The notes below the pieces were generated by a model. It did not search any database. It was not told the DNA's origin and saw only the letters and a program-made list of their open reading frames with translations. DNA of 64,000 bases from a virus (taxonomy: Duplodnaviria > Caudoviricetes), in the IMG/VR virus record IMGVR_UViG_3300037067_016777, positions 128,001-192,000 of that record. One strand, written 5' to 3'. The translations under genes were made by a program, and so were the position numbers. Positions 17,462 through 27,615 of this stretch are shown here, piece after piece (the stretch's first letter is position 1; every line of letters begins with the position of its first letter).

Positions 17462-19055
17462 AGCTAGATTTCACACAATAGATCAGCCTGAGTCAGATAC
17501 AACGACGTTCGTTTTGAGTTGTAATAGGCTTGATGTACTTAGAAAGACTTTGGCGTCATTTCTAGCGACACGAGACTACACCACCAAGATGGTGATAGTC
17601 GACGACAGTGCGGTCGAGGGTGTTTTTGAGAAGCTTGTTGAAGAATATGGCGTCTATTGTGATGTTATTTGTTTTCCGAGAAATCGTAGCCAATGGTGGG
17701 CTATGGATTTCATGGTCTCCTATTGTGATAGTGAGTACATTTTCTACCTTGAAGATGATTGGGAGTTTTTGAGGTCAGGTTATTTAAACGATTCAAAGAG
17801 AATTCTTAAAAAGTACAGAAACATCGGAACAATTGATATCTCTTGGAGAACGTTTGAATGGCAAGGAATTAAAGCCTACGACAAGCAACTAGTTACGTTC
17901 AAGGCAGATGATGGAGTTGATGTCTCATATTATAATAAGATCCCATGGACAATTACAGATTACCATTTGGCTTGGTATGGTTGGGTCGGTAGCCCGAATC
18001 TTAAGCGCCGCGATGATCTAATATGGCTAGGTCGTGTTGAGAAATGGCACAATGAGTGGAATATCGATAGAAAATTCTATGCAATGGGTTATAAGGCTGT
18101 TTTCCTCGGTGGTCAAGAGTATGTTAGACATCTTGGCGATAACTGTAGTGCGATAGCTGGTAGAAGGCCAGATGATTCTAAGACACCAGATGACTACGTT
18201 CCAAACGAACTAAAGCATGACAGAATTTATCCACAATTAAACTATCGTTGGCTTGATAAAGGTTACCGCCATCCGTATGATATTACTGTAGTATCAATGA
18301 TGGTTGATCTCAACAGGGGTGATAGAAGTTTTGAAGGTCATTATCTGGAAGGAATTAAAAAACTCCTAAACACACGTCATCGGTTAGTACTGCATTGCGA
18401 TGAGAAGTACTTTGAGCAGATGAGGCAATTAAGAGGCGGTCGCGAAATAACGCTAATACCATTCAATACGGCGATTATTGAACAATCTGATTTCTTTCAG
18501 GGCGTTCAAGATGTTATCTCAAAATATGGATGGCTTAATCAATCGGCTTGGATGAATAATAGCGTTATTGGATCTCGATATTATATTGCGATGACGCTTA
18601 TGAAGCAGCGTTTACTGAATGAAGCAACGCTAAATAGTAATAGTAGTTATTTCTATTGGGTAGACTCTGGGATGACTAACAGTTTTCATATTGAAGGTGA
18701 GTTAGATCAGTTCTATTTTACAAGAATACCAAAAGATAAATTTTTTCTAACATCATATCCATATTATACTAATACTGAAGTGCATGGTTATAATATGAAT
18801 GGGATGATCGAAAGATGTGCTAGAAATCCGAACTATGTCTGTCGTGCTACTTTATTTGGCGGGACGAAGGAACAAATACAACAACTTACGCCAATATTCT
18901 ATGATGAAGTAAGCTGGGCAATTAAGAATGGATATATGGGAACTGAAGAGGCATTTTATACAATATTGAGTGTTTTATATCCCGATTTGTTCAATAGAAT
19001 AGAAATGCCAAATGGCGATATCAAGAATTTTTTGGGTACATTGAGGCAATGCTAG
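17454..19055 (+). CDS. GT2-like glycosyltransferase fused to HtrL/YibB-like domain
   Basis: SCNRLDVL, IVDDS, FYLEDDW; C-terminal FYWVDSG, LFGG, MGTEE. Confidence 0.75.
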   Translation: MNKARFHTIDQPESDTTTFVLSCNRLDVLRKTLASFLATRDYTTKMVIVDDSAVEGVFEKLVEEYGVYCDVICFPRNRSQWWAMDFMVSYCDSEYIFYLEDDWEFLRSGYLNDSKRILKKYRNIGTIDISWRTFEWQGIKAYDKQLVTFKADDGVDVSYYNKIPWTITDYHLAWYGWVGSPNLKRRDDLIWLGRVEKWHNEWNIDRKFYAMGYKAVFLGGQEYVRHLGDNCSAIAGRRPDDSKTPDDYVPNELKHDRIYPQLNYRWLDKGYRHPYDITVVSMMVDLNRGDRSFEGHYLEGIKKLLNTRHRLVLHCDEKYFEQMRQLRGGREITLIPFNTAIIEQSDFFQGVQDVISKYGWLNQSAWMNNSVIGSRYYIAMTLMKQRLLNEATLNSNSSYFYWVDSGMTNSFHIEGELDQFYFTRIPKDKFFLTSYPYYTNTEVHGYNMNGMIERCARNPNYVCRATLFGGTKEQIQQLTPIFYDEVSWAIKNGYMGTEEAFYTILSVLYPDLFNRIEMPNGDIKNFLGTLRQC

Positions 19056-19083
19056 TATTTTAAAAAGGTTAAAGGAGCATATC

Positions 19084-20817
19084 GTGCGATTCCACGTCAT
19101 GGGACTCCAACATACTGTTTCGTCCAAAGAGTTTGTTGCTTGTGCATACACTCAGAAGGTCGTCAAATTCGCGAAGATGATGACTGACCGTGGTCATACT
19201 GTTATTCATTATGGACACGAAGATTCAGATCTACAGTGTTCGGAACATGTACCAGTCCTTACAGATAAGGATTGGAAGGTAGCTTATGGTAATCATGATT
19301 GGAGGAAGCATTTCTTCAAATTCGATACCGGCGACCACGCTTATACGACATTCAATGCGAATGCAATAAGAGAGATCGGCAAACGCAAACAGAGGAACGA
19401 TTTTATTTTGCCTTTCTGGGGATCTGGACACAGACCTATTTGCGATGCTCATCCAGATCTTATTTGCGTCGAGCCAGGGATCGGCTATGCTGGTGGACAC
19501 TGGGCTAAATATAAGATCTTCGAATCTTATGCTATTTATCATGCCTATTATGGCCTGACATCTGTTAGCTCTTGCATACAGAATTGGTATGATACCGTTA
19601 TACCGAATTATTTCAATCCAGATGAGTTTGAATTCTCCGCTGAGAAAGACAACTATTTTTTATTTTGTGGCCGCGTATATGTTGGTAAGGGCATCCATAT
19701 TGCTGAGCAAATTGCAAAAGCAATCGGTGTTAAGCTTATTGTAGCAGGACAGAAGGGTGATGATTATGAATTGTCTAAAGATCCACTTATTGAATTTGTC
19801 GGATATGCGGATATTGAAAAGCGTAAGAAACTTATGTCACGTGCTAAAGGTTTAATTTTAGCCAGTCAATATAACGAGCCTTTTGGTGGTGTCCAGATTG
19901 AGAGTTTGTTCTCTGGTACGCCGACAATTACAACAGATTGGGGCGCTTTTACAGAGAACAATCTACACGGAATTACCGGTTATCGGTGCCATACTTTCGA
20001 GCAATTTGTTTGGGCTGCGAAGAATATTGATAAGATTAGTCCACATGCTTGCCGTGCCTGGGCACTTAATAATTTTTCGATGGAACGGATTGCCGGAATG
20101 TATGAGGAGTTTTTCGAGTCTATCTTGGATATTCATGGAAAACAGGGGTGGTACGAGCCAAAGCCAAATCGAACAGACTTATTGTTCAATAAGAAGTTCT
20201 ACCCAGTTGTTGAGGAGAAGATTGATTATACACAAGTAGCAAAAGAGGAAGAGCCGTTTGCGAAACAGTTAGCTACTTGGATTAAGGAGGCTGTCGACCC
20301 GAAAGATGTAATCGATATCGGATGCGGTCCTGGGATTTATACTTATGCGATGACTAATGTAGGTATTAAGTGTATAGGTATAGATATCGACCCGCGTATC
20401 GCCGACGAGGAGGGTCTATTTGTTGAAGATCTGTTGCAATTAAATGGTAAATTTCAAAAGCAACTTGCGATTTGTTTAGAAGTAGCAGAACACATCGACC
20501 CACAATATTCTAACCAAATCGTAAAGCAAGTCTATGATTGTGTTTTGCCAGGAGGTATTCTGTTATGGACAGCGGCGTGTCCTGGTCAGGGTGGTGTCGG
20601 GCATATTAACTGCCGACCGAAGCAATATTGGCGTGAGAAGTTCGAAGCGCTTGGTATGGTCTATGATGACGCTTTGCATTCCAAGTGTATAGAGTATTGT
20701 CTGCAAGGCCCACACATGGGCTGGTTTATCAACAATCTACTATGCTTCCGCAAATACGCACCAGTTGTGGCGGAAGAGAACATTATTGTTAAGAAACCGA
20801 GTAAAAAGAAAGTCTAG
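19084..20817 (+). CDS. GT4 glycosyltransferase fused to class I methyltransferase
   Basis: EPFGGVQIESLFSGTPTITTDWGAFTE; IDIGCGPG, CLEVAEH, PGQGGVGHIN. Confidence 0.85.
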   Translation: MRFHVMGLQHTVSSKEFVACAYTQKVVKFAKMMTDRGHTVIHYGHEDSDLQCSEHVPVLTDKDWKVAYGNHDWRKHFFKFDTGDHAYTTFNANAIREIGKRKQRNDFILPFWGSGHRPICDAHPDLICVEPGIGYAGGHWAKYKIFESYAIYHAYYGLTSVSSCIQNWYDTVIPNYFNPDEFEFSAEKDNYFLFCGRVYVGKGIHIAEQIAKAIGVKLIVAGQKGDDYELSKDPLIEFVGYADIEKRKKLMSRAKGLILASQYNEPFGGVQIESLFSGTPTITTDWGAFTENNLHGITGYRCHTFEQFVWAAKNIDKISPHACRAWALNNFSMERIAGMYEEFFESILDIHGKQGWYEPKPNRTDLLFNKKFYPVVEEKIDYTQVAKEEEPFAKQLATWIKEAVDPKDVIDIGCGPGIYTYAMTNVGIKCIGIDIDPRIADEEGLFVEDLLQLNGKFQKQLAICLEVAEHIDPQYSNQIVKQVYDCVLPGGILLWTAACPGQGGVGHINCRPKQYWREKFEALGMVYDDALHSKCIEYCLQGPHMGWFINNLLCFRKYAPVVAEENIIVKKPSKKKV

Positions 20818-21050
20818 CAGTGTCGCCAATTCTTCTTGCGGTATTTTGGTTTGATTTCTATCTCATTAGTGGTAGAGTACAAAATGGTTCCGTCGCATAG
20901 CTCTACACGGCCACGCTGCTCGTCTCTTTCGATATTACTCAAGCTATTAAAATCGCAGTAGCTGATCTTATACTCTCGCACCACCGATAGAGGAATTTCA
21001 ATTGTTCCAAGATAGGCTGTGTCGAACATTAAACTAGATTGATTGATCAT
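20814..21050 (-). CDS. Hypothetical protein
   Basis: 78-aa ORF coupled to upstream gene. Confidence 0.5.
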   Translation of the reverse strand: MINQSSLMFDTAYLGTIEIPLSVVREYKISYCDFNSLSNIERDEQRGRVELCDGTILYSTTNEIEIKPKYRKKNWRHC

Positions 21051-21381
21051 TTTGTTTTAATATAATAATAGCTGCTTCTACGAGTGCTTTGCCAGAATTG
21101 CCTGCTATGGCAGTTTGTCGTTCAAATCGATTTTGTGAAAGAACAGTGACTCTCGATTTATGCTCTGGATAATACACGATTTGTATACAATAGCCAAGGT
21201 TGTTTAATAACTGTATCACGAATCGTTCGTCATAATGTGACGTAGATGGGGAGAAGCGTGTTGTTGTTCCATCATCTAATACAACTTGCTCGGTATTATC
21301 ACGCATACGGACGACGGTCATTCCCAATAATTTAGCTAATTCTAAATCATCAGATTGCGTCTGGATCTGCTCGTTTGGCAT
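21034..21381 (-). CDS. Hypothetical protein
   Basis: ORF downstream of the SbcD-like gene. Confidence 0.6.
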   Translation of the reverse strand: MPNEQIQTQSDDLELAKLLGMTVVRMRDNTEQVVLDDGTTTRFSPSTSHYDERFVIQLLNNLGYCIQIVYYPEHKSRVTVLSQNRFERQTAIAGNSGKALVEAAIIILKQNDQSI

Positions 21382-22453
21382 ATAGCTCGTTCCCCTCATC
21401 GACAATTTCACGATTTAATCTAATTGCCAGATTACGTCGTAGATCTTTCGCTCCGCGTAGATCTTGATCGAACCATTTGGTGAATAGGTCTTCTATTTTG
21501 ATCGGCTCAATCTCGGCTAGTTTCGCGTTTGGTGCTTCATCTTCAGATAGGTTAACAAATGTAACCTTCTTAGCACCCATTGCCAAGAATTTCTCGCGCA
21601 CATCATTAATCTCATTTTGTGTGTAGTCTCTAGTAGTAGTTATTCTGATTATATTACCTGATATATCAGATTCTGTCTTACTATCTAGAAATTCATCAGC
21701 AAAAGTGCAGTATTGGGGTGGTATGGCTATATTAGGTTCTTGTAATCGTCCCTCTTTGAAAACATCTACAAAAATATGTTCATTCTTGTCTTGATCAAAA
21801 ACAAAAAATCCATGCTCGGTGTCTCCCTCATCGAATTTGAACGGGATAATACTACCAGGATACCAAAGGTTATTTGACACTTGTTGACATAAATGAAAAT
21901 GCCCAGCATAAACGCGATCGAATTTACTTTGGATAAACGTTACCATTGACCATCGCTGTAATAAGAAACATACATTTTGAATCGCATTGTTGACACCGAT
22001 ATGTGTCAACAATATGTCTTCTTTGTTTGCTTGTTTTTCTATTCGCTCTAATATCCGCATATAAGCAGATTCCGAGTAAACGAATGGAAGTATCCAATAT
22101 CGCCTATCATCTATTTCTAATACCTTAACTGTATTAACAATAGTCAATAATTCACCAAATGGTTTTATGCTATTGATATTCCAACTATGCTTCAGGAACA
22201 TATCGTGATTGCCTGGGAACGCAATCCACTGTTGGTTAAAATCATTCTTGGTCTCTTGAAAGAAATCGTAGGCTCCGCAAAGTATTTCTATTGATAGGTG
22301 TTGCCTATCGTGAAATAAATCACCAAGAACGACGATAGTATCAATATCATTCTTAAAGCAATAATTTCTTACAGTTTTGAGAGCCCACAAGATATCATCA
22401 TTACGTCCAGAGTAACCGAGATGAACGTCAGCGACAATCGCTATTTTCGTCAT
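21350..22453 (-). CDS. SbcD/Mre11/gp47-like metallophosphoesterase nuclease subunit
   Basis: ADVHLG, LGDLFH, PGNHD, LLTH, AGHFH, YPGS. Confidence 0.9.
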   Translation of the reverse strand: MTKIAIVADVHLGYSGRNDDILWALKTVRNYCFKNDIDTIVVLGDLFHDRQHLSIEILCGAYDFFQETKNDFNQQWIAFPGNHDMFLKHSWNINSIKPFGELLTIVNTVKVLEIDDRRYWILPFVYSESAYMRILERIEKQANKEDILLTHIGVNNAIQNVCFLLQRWSMVTFIQSKFDRVYAGHFHLCQQVSNNLWYPGSIIPFKFDEGDTEHGFFVFDQDKNEHIFVDVFKEGRLQEPNIAIPPQYCTFADEFLDSKTESDISGNIIRITTTRDYTQNEINDVREKFLAMGAKKVTFVNLSEDEAPNAKLAEIEPIKIEDLFTKWFDQDLRGAKDLRRNLAIRLNREIVDEGNELYAKRADPDAI

Positions 22454-22480
22454 GTCAAATTTCTTTTAATGGAGACTGTT

Positions 22481-22732
22481 ATGTTTACTGAAAAACTAAA
22501 TCGTGCTCTCGGCAATGTCGATCTCAATACGGATAAAGTGGCTTGGTTGAGATTCTGTGAATGGGCTCACTCATTTCATGACATAGACGTAAACTCACTA
22601 ATAAAATATGATAATTTTGCAATGTTCGAGAAAAACGAGTTTAAGCTACCATTAAAATACTTGGAAGCAATTAAAGATTTATGGATTAAATGGAGTAAAG
22701 CAGTAGAGTTTGATAGATTAGCTAATATCTAG
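22481..22732 (+). CDS. Hypothetical protein
   Basis: GGAG RBS before MFTEKL. Confidence 0.6.
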   Translation: MFTEKLNRALGNVDLNTDKVAWLRFCEWAHSFHDIDVNSLIKYDNFAMFEKNEFKLPLKYLEAIKDLWIKWSKAVEFDRLANI

Positions 22733-22754
22733 TTCTGATAGTATTTTATAAATC

Positions 22755-24491
22755 ATGCAATTTGATTTATCAAAAATTGATGAGTATTTTCCATTCGATT
22801 CATTTAGAGATGGGCAGCGTGAATGTATCGAATTTATATTGAAATCCTTCGAATCAGGTAAGAAATTCGTAGTATTCGAGGGTCCGACTGGCTCCGGTAA
22901 GTCGGCTATCGGTATGACTATTACTAAATTCTTTCAGGCTAGTTATTACCTTACAGTCCAGAAAATTCTCCAGACCCAACTGATGAACGATTTTGGAAGT
23001 GGAGAAGTCGTTGATTTGAAGGGGCGATCTGCATACAATTGCGCTTTTTATGAGAATTTTGGCGCTGCAGCAGTAGCTAGGAAAGGTATGTTTCAAAAGG
23101 ACTTGAACAAACATCTTACTTCTCCGCCATCATGCGACAAGGGCTACTGCCGTAAGAAAGACAAAGCCCGTCGCTGTGAATTATGTTTTCCATATTATCC
23201 TGATAAAGATGCAAATGTTGATCGAACATACGAGATTTTCATACACGGCACCTGTCCTTATTACAAACAAATTGCTAAAACGATGGTTTCTAGAGTAGCC
23301 ATCATGAATTATAGCAGCTTTTTATATCAAAGAGGTGCTGGTAGATTCACAGTACGTGATTTGCTAATTGTCGATGAAGCCCACCAATCGGAGCCTCAAC
23401 TACTTGATTTTATTTCAGTCACTATTGACGATAAGCGACTAAAGAAGCTTGGATATACTTTAGAAGAGCATGATATACCAGAAGCATATTATATATCCTT
23501 TAAAGACAATGAGATTCTAGCTAAAGTCCAAGCTATAGCTCAGATGGCGGATGATAATGAGGATCTAGAAACGGCGGATGAATATGAGAGACTATCACGT
23601 CGATTGAGCTCATTTTTTAGGAGTATAGAAGAAGAGGAGGAGTGGGTAGCTGAATTTAAGAAACTTGACGGATATAACGTCGTTACTTTAAAGCCGGTAT
23701 TTGTACACTCAAAGTCGCACAAGCTATTGTTTAATCATGGTGATAAGATATTGTTGATGAGTGCAACAATATTAGATGTCGACATATTTTGCGCATCATT
23801 AGGAATACCAAGGAGCCAAGTAGCAGCTTATCGTATGAAGAATCGATTCCCCGTCAATAATCGACCAGTTGTTGTTGACGCTGCTGCGAAGATTGTTGGC
23901 GGTCCTGCTAAGATGCACGAATGGTCGTCGAAGTTAGTCAGAAAAACCGACCAGATATTAGATAAGTATGAAAATGTTCGCGGTATTATCCATACTCACA
24001 ATTTTGCAATAGCTGAATTGTTGGTGGCGAAATCACACCATCGGGAAAGATTCTTATTTCAAAAGAAATTCGCTAGTAAAGAGGACATGCTTAGGAGGCA
24101 TAGCGATAGTGAGAACACTATCATCGTTGCACCAGCATTGCATGAGGGATTAGATTTACGTGGAGACCTGAGCCGTATTCAATTGATTTGCAAAGTACCA
24201 TGGCCAAATTTTAAAGATAATAAGCAGTTAGCAAGAAGACTGGAATTAGATCAGAGATATTACACATGGCTAACTGCTCTCAAACTCATCCAATCGTGCG
24301 GTCGCTCAATCCGTAGTGATACAGATTGGGCTCACACTTATGTTTTAGATGAGGTTTTCTACAGATTTATGAGAGATGCTGCGTCTATGATACCAGGGTG
24401 GTTCAAAGATGCTGTAGAATATGGGGATTTACATAGGTTGCAGATTCAGTCTGCAGATCAAAGTGAGGTAGAAGACGATATTCCATTTTAG
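22755..24491 (+). CDS. DinG/Rad3/XPD-family SF2 helicase
   Basis: FRDGQ, EGPTGSGKS, LKGRSAYNC, CPYY, VDEAH, MSAT, EGLDL, KVPWP, QSCGRSIRS..D. Confidence 0.92.
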   Translation: MQFDLSKIDEYFPFDSFRDGQRECIEFILKSFESGKKFVVFEGPTGSGKSAIGMTITKFFQASYYLTVQKILQTQLMNDFGSGEVVDLKGRSAYNCAFYENFGAAAVARKGMFQKDLNKHLTSPPSCDKGYCRKKDKARRCELCFPYYPDKDANVDRTYEIFIHGTCPYYKQIAKTMVSRVAIMNYSSFLYQRGAGRFTVRDLLIVDEAHQSEPQLLDFISVTIDDKRLKKLGYTLEEHDIPEAYYISFKDNEILAKVQAIAQMADDNEDLETADEYERLSRRLSSFFRSIEEEEEWVAEFKKLDGYNVVTLKPVFVHSKSHKLLFNHGDKILLMSATILDVDIFCASLGIPRSQVAAYRMKNRFPVNNRPVVVDAAAKIVGGPAKMHEWSSKLVRKTDQILDKYENVRGIIHTHNFAIAELLVAKSHHRERFLFQKKFASKEDMLRRHSDSENTIIVAPALHEGLDLRGDLSRIQLICKVPWPNFKDNKQLARRLELDQRYYTWLTALKLIQSCGRSIRSDTDWAHTYVLDEVFYRFMRDAASMIPGWFKDAVEYGDLHRLQIQSADQSEVEDDIPF

Positions 24492-24499
24492 GTATCATC

Positions 24500-24874
24500 A
24501 TGAATTATTATCAACCACGGGAGCTTATTAAAGATGGTAAACCTGCTGGCCTATTTCACTATACGTGCCAAAACAATAATAGAGTATGGCCTGTCGGATT
24601 ATGCGCAGAAGATTGCCCAGGCCATACGACGGAACAAGAAGCTCGCGATCATTGGCGGTCATATCTAATTCTAGGCATCGAATTCACTCCAATTACCCAG
24701 GAGTGGCCAAAAGAAAAGTGTGAATCTGAAGGTTGTAATGAGCAGGCAACAATGGTTGGATGTACTAAAAACGAACCTGGAATTTTCAACCATCGCAGAT
24801 TCTGTACTAAGCATGCAACAATAGAAGAGATGGCTAAGTTTATCGAAGCTGGCGATTCTATGTCGTCCTATTAA
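24500..24874 (+). CDS. Hypothetical Cys/His-containing protein
   Basis: 124-aa ORF; CAEDCPGH, CESEGC, FCTKH. Confidence 0.7.
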   Translation: MNYYQPRELIKDGKPAGLFHYTCQNNNRVWPVGLCAEDCPGHTTEQEARDHWRSYLILGIEFTPITQEWPKEKCESEGCNEQATMVGCTKNEPGIFNHRRFCTKHATIEEMAKFIEAGDSMSSY

Positions 24875-25489
24875 TTATCTCAGAGCTGCAATAATCTTCT
24901 GAATGACTGGAGATTTTAAGATTTCCTTCATTTGATCTGATTGAGCAATTTTTATAATCATCTTTTTAGCAGCAGTTTTACCATGTTTCTTAATAGTATT
25001 GACGATTTCGTCACCGACTCCAGTAATGGTGCCACTATCTTCTAGAGGAATACATACAACTGCACAAATATACACACGGCCATCGTTAGAAGGCTGTACT
25101 GCTACACCAATTTCTTCGACATCTGGATGTAAAATTGCTTCTCTATGTGGTTTTGAACCTATCCACAGCGACACCACCATTTCTGGATCGCTTCCGTTCC
25201 CCGCATATAATACCTCACCAGAGCTAGAATAAGCATAACCGGATGCTCGCATCCTATCGGATAATTTTGGGTATTTTACACCTCTCAAGACATGCCCAAA
25301 CTGCCCAGTATCAGCCATTTGCTTAGCTTGTATTGTAGCCGCTATATCGATAGTATTATTATGCTTCAATAGGTTCAGTTTTTTATGCTTGCGTGTTTGA
25401 TTTATAGTACTGATTATCTCTGTAGTTGCTACTGATTCGGCCAACAACAGAGATAATTGGTGTTCAAACTTGATAGTGCAGGCATCCAT
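24875..25489 (-). CDS. CAP domain protein without signal peptide
   Basis: INQTRKH..L, FGH, GEVLY, WIGSKPHREAIL....EEIGVAV; start refined to MDACTIK. Confidence 0.85.
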   Translation of the reverse strand: MDACTIKFEHQLSLLLAESVATTEIISTINQTRKHKKLNLLKHNNTIDIAATIQAKQMADTGQFGHVLRGVKYPKLSDRMRASGYAYSSSGEVLYAGNGSDPEMVVSLWIGSKPHREAILHPDVEEIGVAVQPSNDGRVYICAVVCIPLEDSGTITGVGDEIVNTIKKHGKTAAKKMIIKIAQSDQMKEILKSPVIQKIIAALR

Positions 25490-25540
25490 GTATTTATGTT
25501 TGAATGATTTCGAAAGTAGGTATTGCATCAAGGAGACAGC

Positions 25541-25753
25541 ATGAAAACAAGTAAGACGAAAATCGATATTGCTGTAACGTGTGAGGGATGCGGGCGAAAA
25601 ATACCAAAGGAGAGATTAAAAGCTATCCCAGATACAGTTCTTTGTGTACAATGTGCAACACAGTCTGAAAGTGAGAATAATATGGATTATATTGTTCCAC
25701 TAGTGGATTATGATCCCAGCGAACTACTTGATGCAATATCATCGGATGATTAG
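25541..25753 (+). CDS. DksA/TraR C4-type zinc-finger protein
   Basis: CEGCGRKIPKERLKAIPDTVLCVQCA; AGGAG RBS. Confidence 0.85.
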   Translation: MKTSKTKIDIAVTCEGCGRKIPKERLKAIPDTVLCVQCATQSESENNMDYIVPLVDYDPSELLDAISSDD

Positions 25754-25758
25754 ATAAT

Positions 25759-27615
25759 ATGACCAATATCACACATCTGCCACAAACAGCGTCTGATGGT
25801 TTGGAGGTATGTGATGCCTATGGCTCGATATGGAAATATGACCTCCAAACTAATTCTTGGGTTAATATTGGTGCAGTTGGCGACTCACCGATTGTGACCG
25901 AATCAAAAGACGGGTTAGTTTCTCCAGTTATTTATACTCGTATTAATGCAATATCTCAAGCGGTTCGAGATGGTCTCAGTTTCGACTTCTTAAAGATATA
26001 TCCATATGTGCATGGATATTATTATTTGTTTCAATCTTCAAATCACACAATCACATTTGAACCAGAATCGAATAGTGATTTGAGAATGGAGATAAGTAGA
26101 CCAAGGCTACTTTCGCTTTTATCGCAATTAAAATGTCCAGGAGAACAAGGTGTAGTCGGCGATCAAGGAGATGTTGGATTAGATGGGGAAACCGGGGCAG
26201 CAGAGTTAAAATATTCTGCTGTAATATCTGATTCAATACTATCAATAAATGTACCTGTCGATAATTCATTAGGAACTCCGATATCGCTGAGAGTTTTTGC
26301 TAATAGCTCCAACACTCCGACAATTACAATAAAAATAATTGGTTCAGAGTTTGAAGTTCTACAGTCTACTATAGAAATAGATTTAGACTTTACATTTTTT
26401 GATTATTCTGATGGCCAGTTGGTTGGCCAAATAACGAGTTCAGAATGGGGAACAATAAGATGGTATTATAAAGCCCTACAAATGGGTAGGAAAGGTATAA
26501 AGGGCGCTGATGGCGGAGAGTTTTTAAGTGTTATATCTGATACTATTAATGATTCTAATTTAAGATCGAATACAGCTGTTATATTGATGCGTGATGGTGA
26601 TGGTGTCGGAATAATTAATTATCTTTCGGCAGCACTATTTAAAATAAACTGCGTGTCGAAAGTGGCTGTTAATCATTTGTGCTCTACCACAACAACATCA
26701 TTAACAGATTCATATGCAGCGTTGCAGATGAGTATAAATAATTGCAAGAATATAACTAGATTTATTATGGATCCGATAGTTGTAGATATACCAAAGCTTG
26801 TTTTCAGTGAATGGACACCGACAAGTACGTGTTTGCGGCAACGCCATCTTGCCGCTACTAAGCTATCTTGGATGGATTTTACCAAAGTTGGTTCTGATAT
26901 GAAACCCTGGCATAAAGCTAATGAGAATACTGCCAGCGATCCTGGTTACCCATGGGCAATAGTCGAAGAATCAGATCCTGGGCAATTGTGTTGCCAGGAG
27001 GATTTTTTCTTTTGCTCAAATGTAAATGACGTAACAGGTGCCTGCCCAATTAATCTTGTAGATGATTTACAAACGCCAGCGTCGTCCGCTTATGGCTGTG
27101 ATTGTGATTGTCCTATATCATTCTTATTAGAGGGTGGATATGATTTTGAAGATGTTAAAATGATTAGCGTAGATGATAAATCTTCACAAATTGCTGTTTG
27201 TAGTATAAATGGCGAGGCGCACGAATATAATCTTACTGTCGATGTCGATACACCGACAGCGACTATAACTGTCAGTTGGAAGTTGGAATATGACTCATTA
27301 TGTGATGAGGCTAGAGAGGTATATGCTGCACAAGTTAGCAACATACCGAATTTTGTGTTTGATCCAAGAGATGCGGTTTCTGAAGCAAATTGCCCAATAA
27401 GCTGGGGAATTACAGACAAAACAACACAAACAACAACAATATCACGATCTGATAGTAGCCCACAGTCGCTATCTACAATAGGGACGCTATCGTTTAATTT
27501 TGTCGGTACGTCAGGAACAATTATCACTACAGCTACCATCAACACCTTAAGATTAAATTGCTGTCTTGGATATAAATTGACTGTTTCTGTTAGTGCAGTG
27601 GAGGCGACATCTTGA
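25759..27615 (+). CDS. Cys-rich putative virion structural protein (paralog of next gene)
   Basis: Shares YYYLFQSSNHTITFEPES..DLR.EISRPRLLSLLSQLKCPG and CCQEDFFFCSNVNDV with 27612; short Gly-X-Y tracts. Confidence 0.7.
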   Translation: MTNITHLPQTASDGLEVCDAYGSIWKYDLQTNSWVNIGAVGDSPIVTESKDGLVSPVIYTRINAISQAVRDGLSFDFLKIYPYVHGYYYLFQSSNHTITFEPESNSDLRMEISRPRLLSLLSQLKCPGEQGVVGDQGDVGLDGETGAAELKYSAVISDSILSINVPVDNSLGTPISLRVFANSSNTPTITIKIIGSEFEVLQSTIEIDLDFTFFDYSDGQLVGQITSSEWGTIRWYYKALQMGRKGIKGADGGEFLSVISDTINDSNLRSNTAVILMRDGDGVGIINYLSAALFKINCVSKVAVNHLCSTTTTSLTDSYAALQMSINNCKNITRFIMDPIVVDIPKLVFSEWTPTSTCLRQRHLAATKLSWMDFTKVGSDMKPWHKANENTASDPGYPWAIVEESDPGQLCCQEDFFFCSNVNDVTGACPINLVDDLQTPASSAYGCDCDCPISFLLEGGYDFEDVKMISVDDKSSQIAVCSINGEAHEYNLTVDVDTPTATITVSWKLEYDSLCDEAREVYAAQVSNIPNFVFDPRDAVSEANCPISWGITDKTTQTTTISRSDSSPQSLSTIGTLSFNFVGTSGTIITTATINTLRLNCCLGYKLTVSVSAVEATS

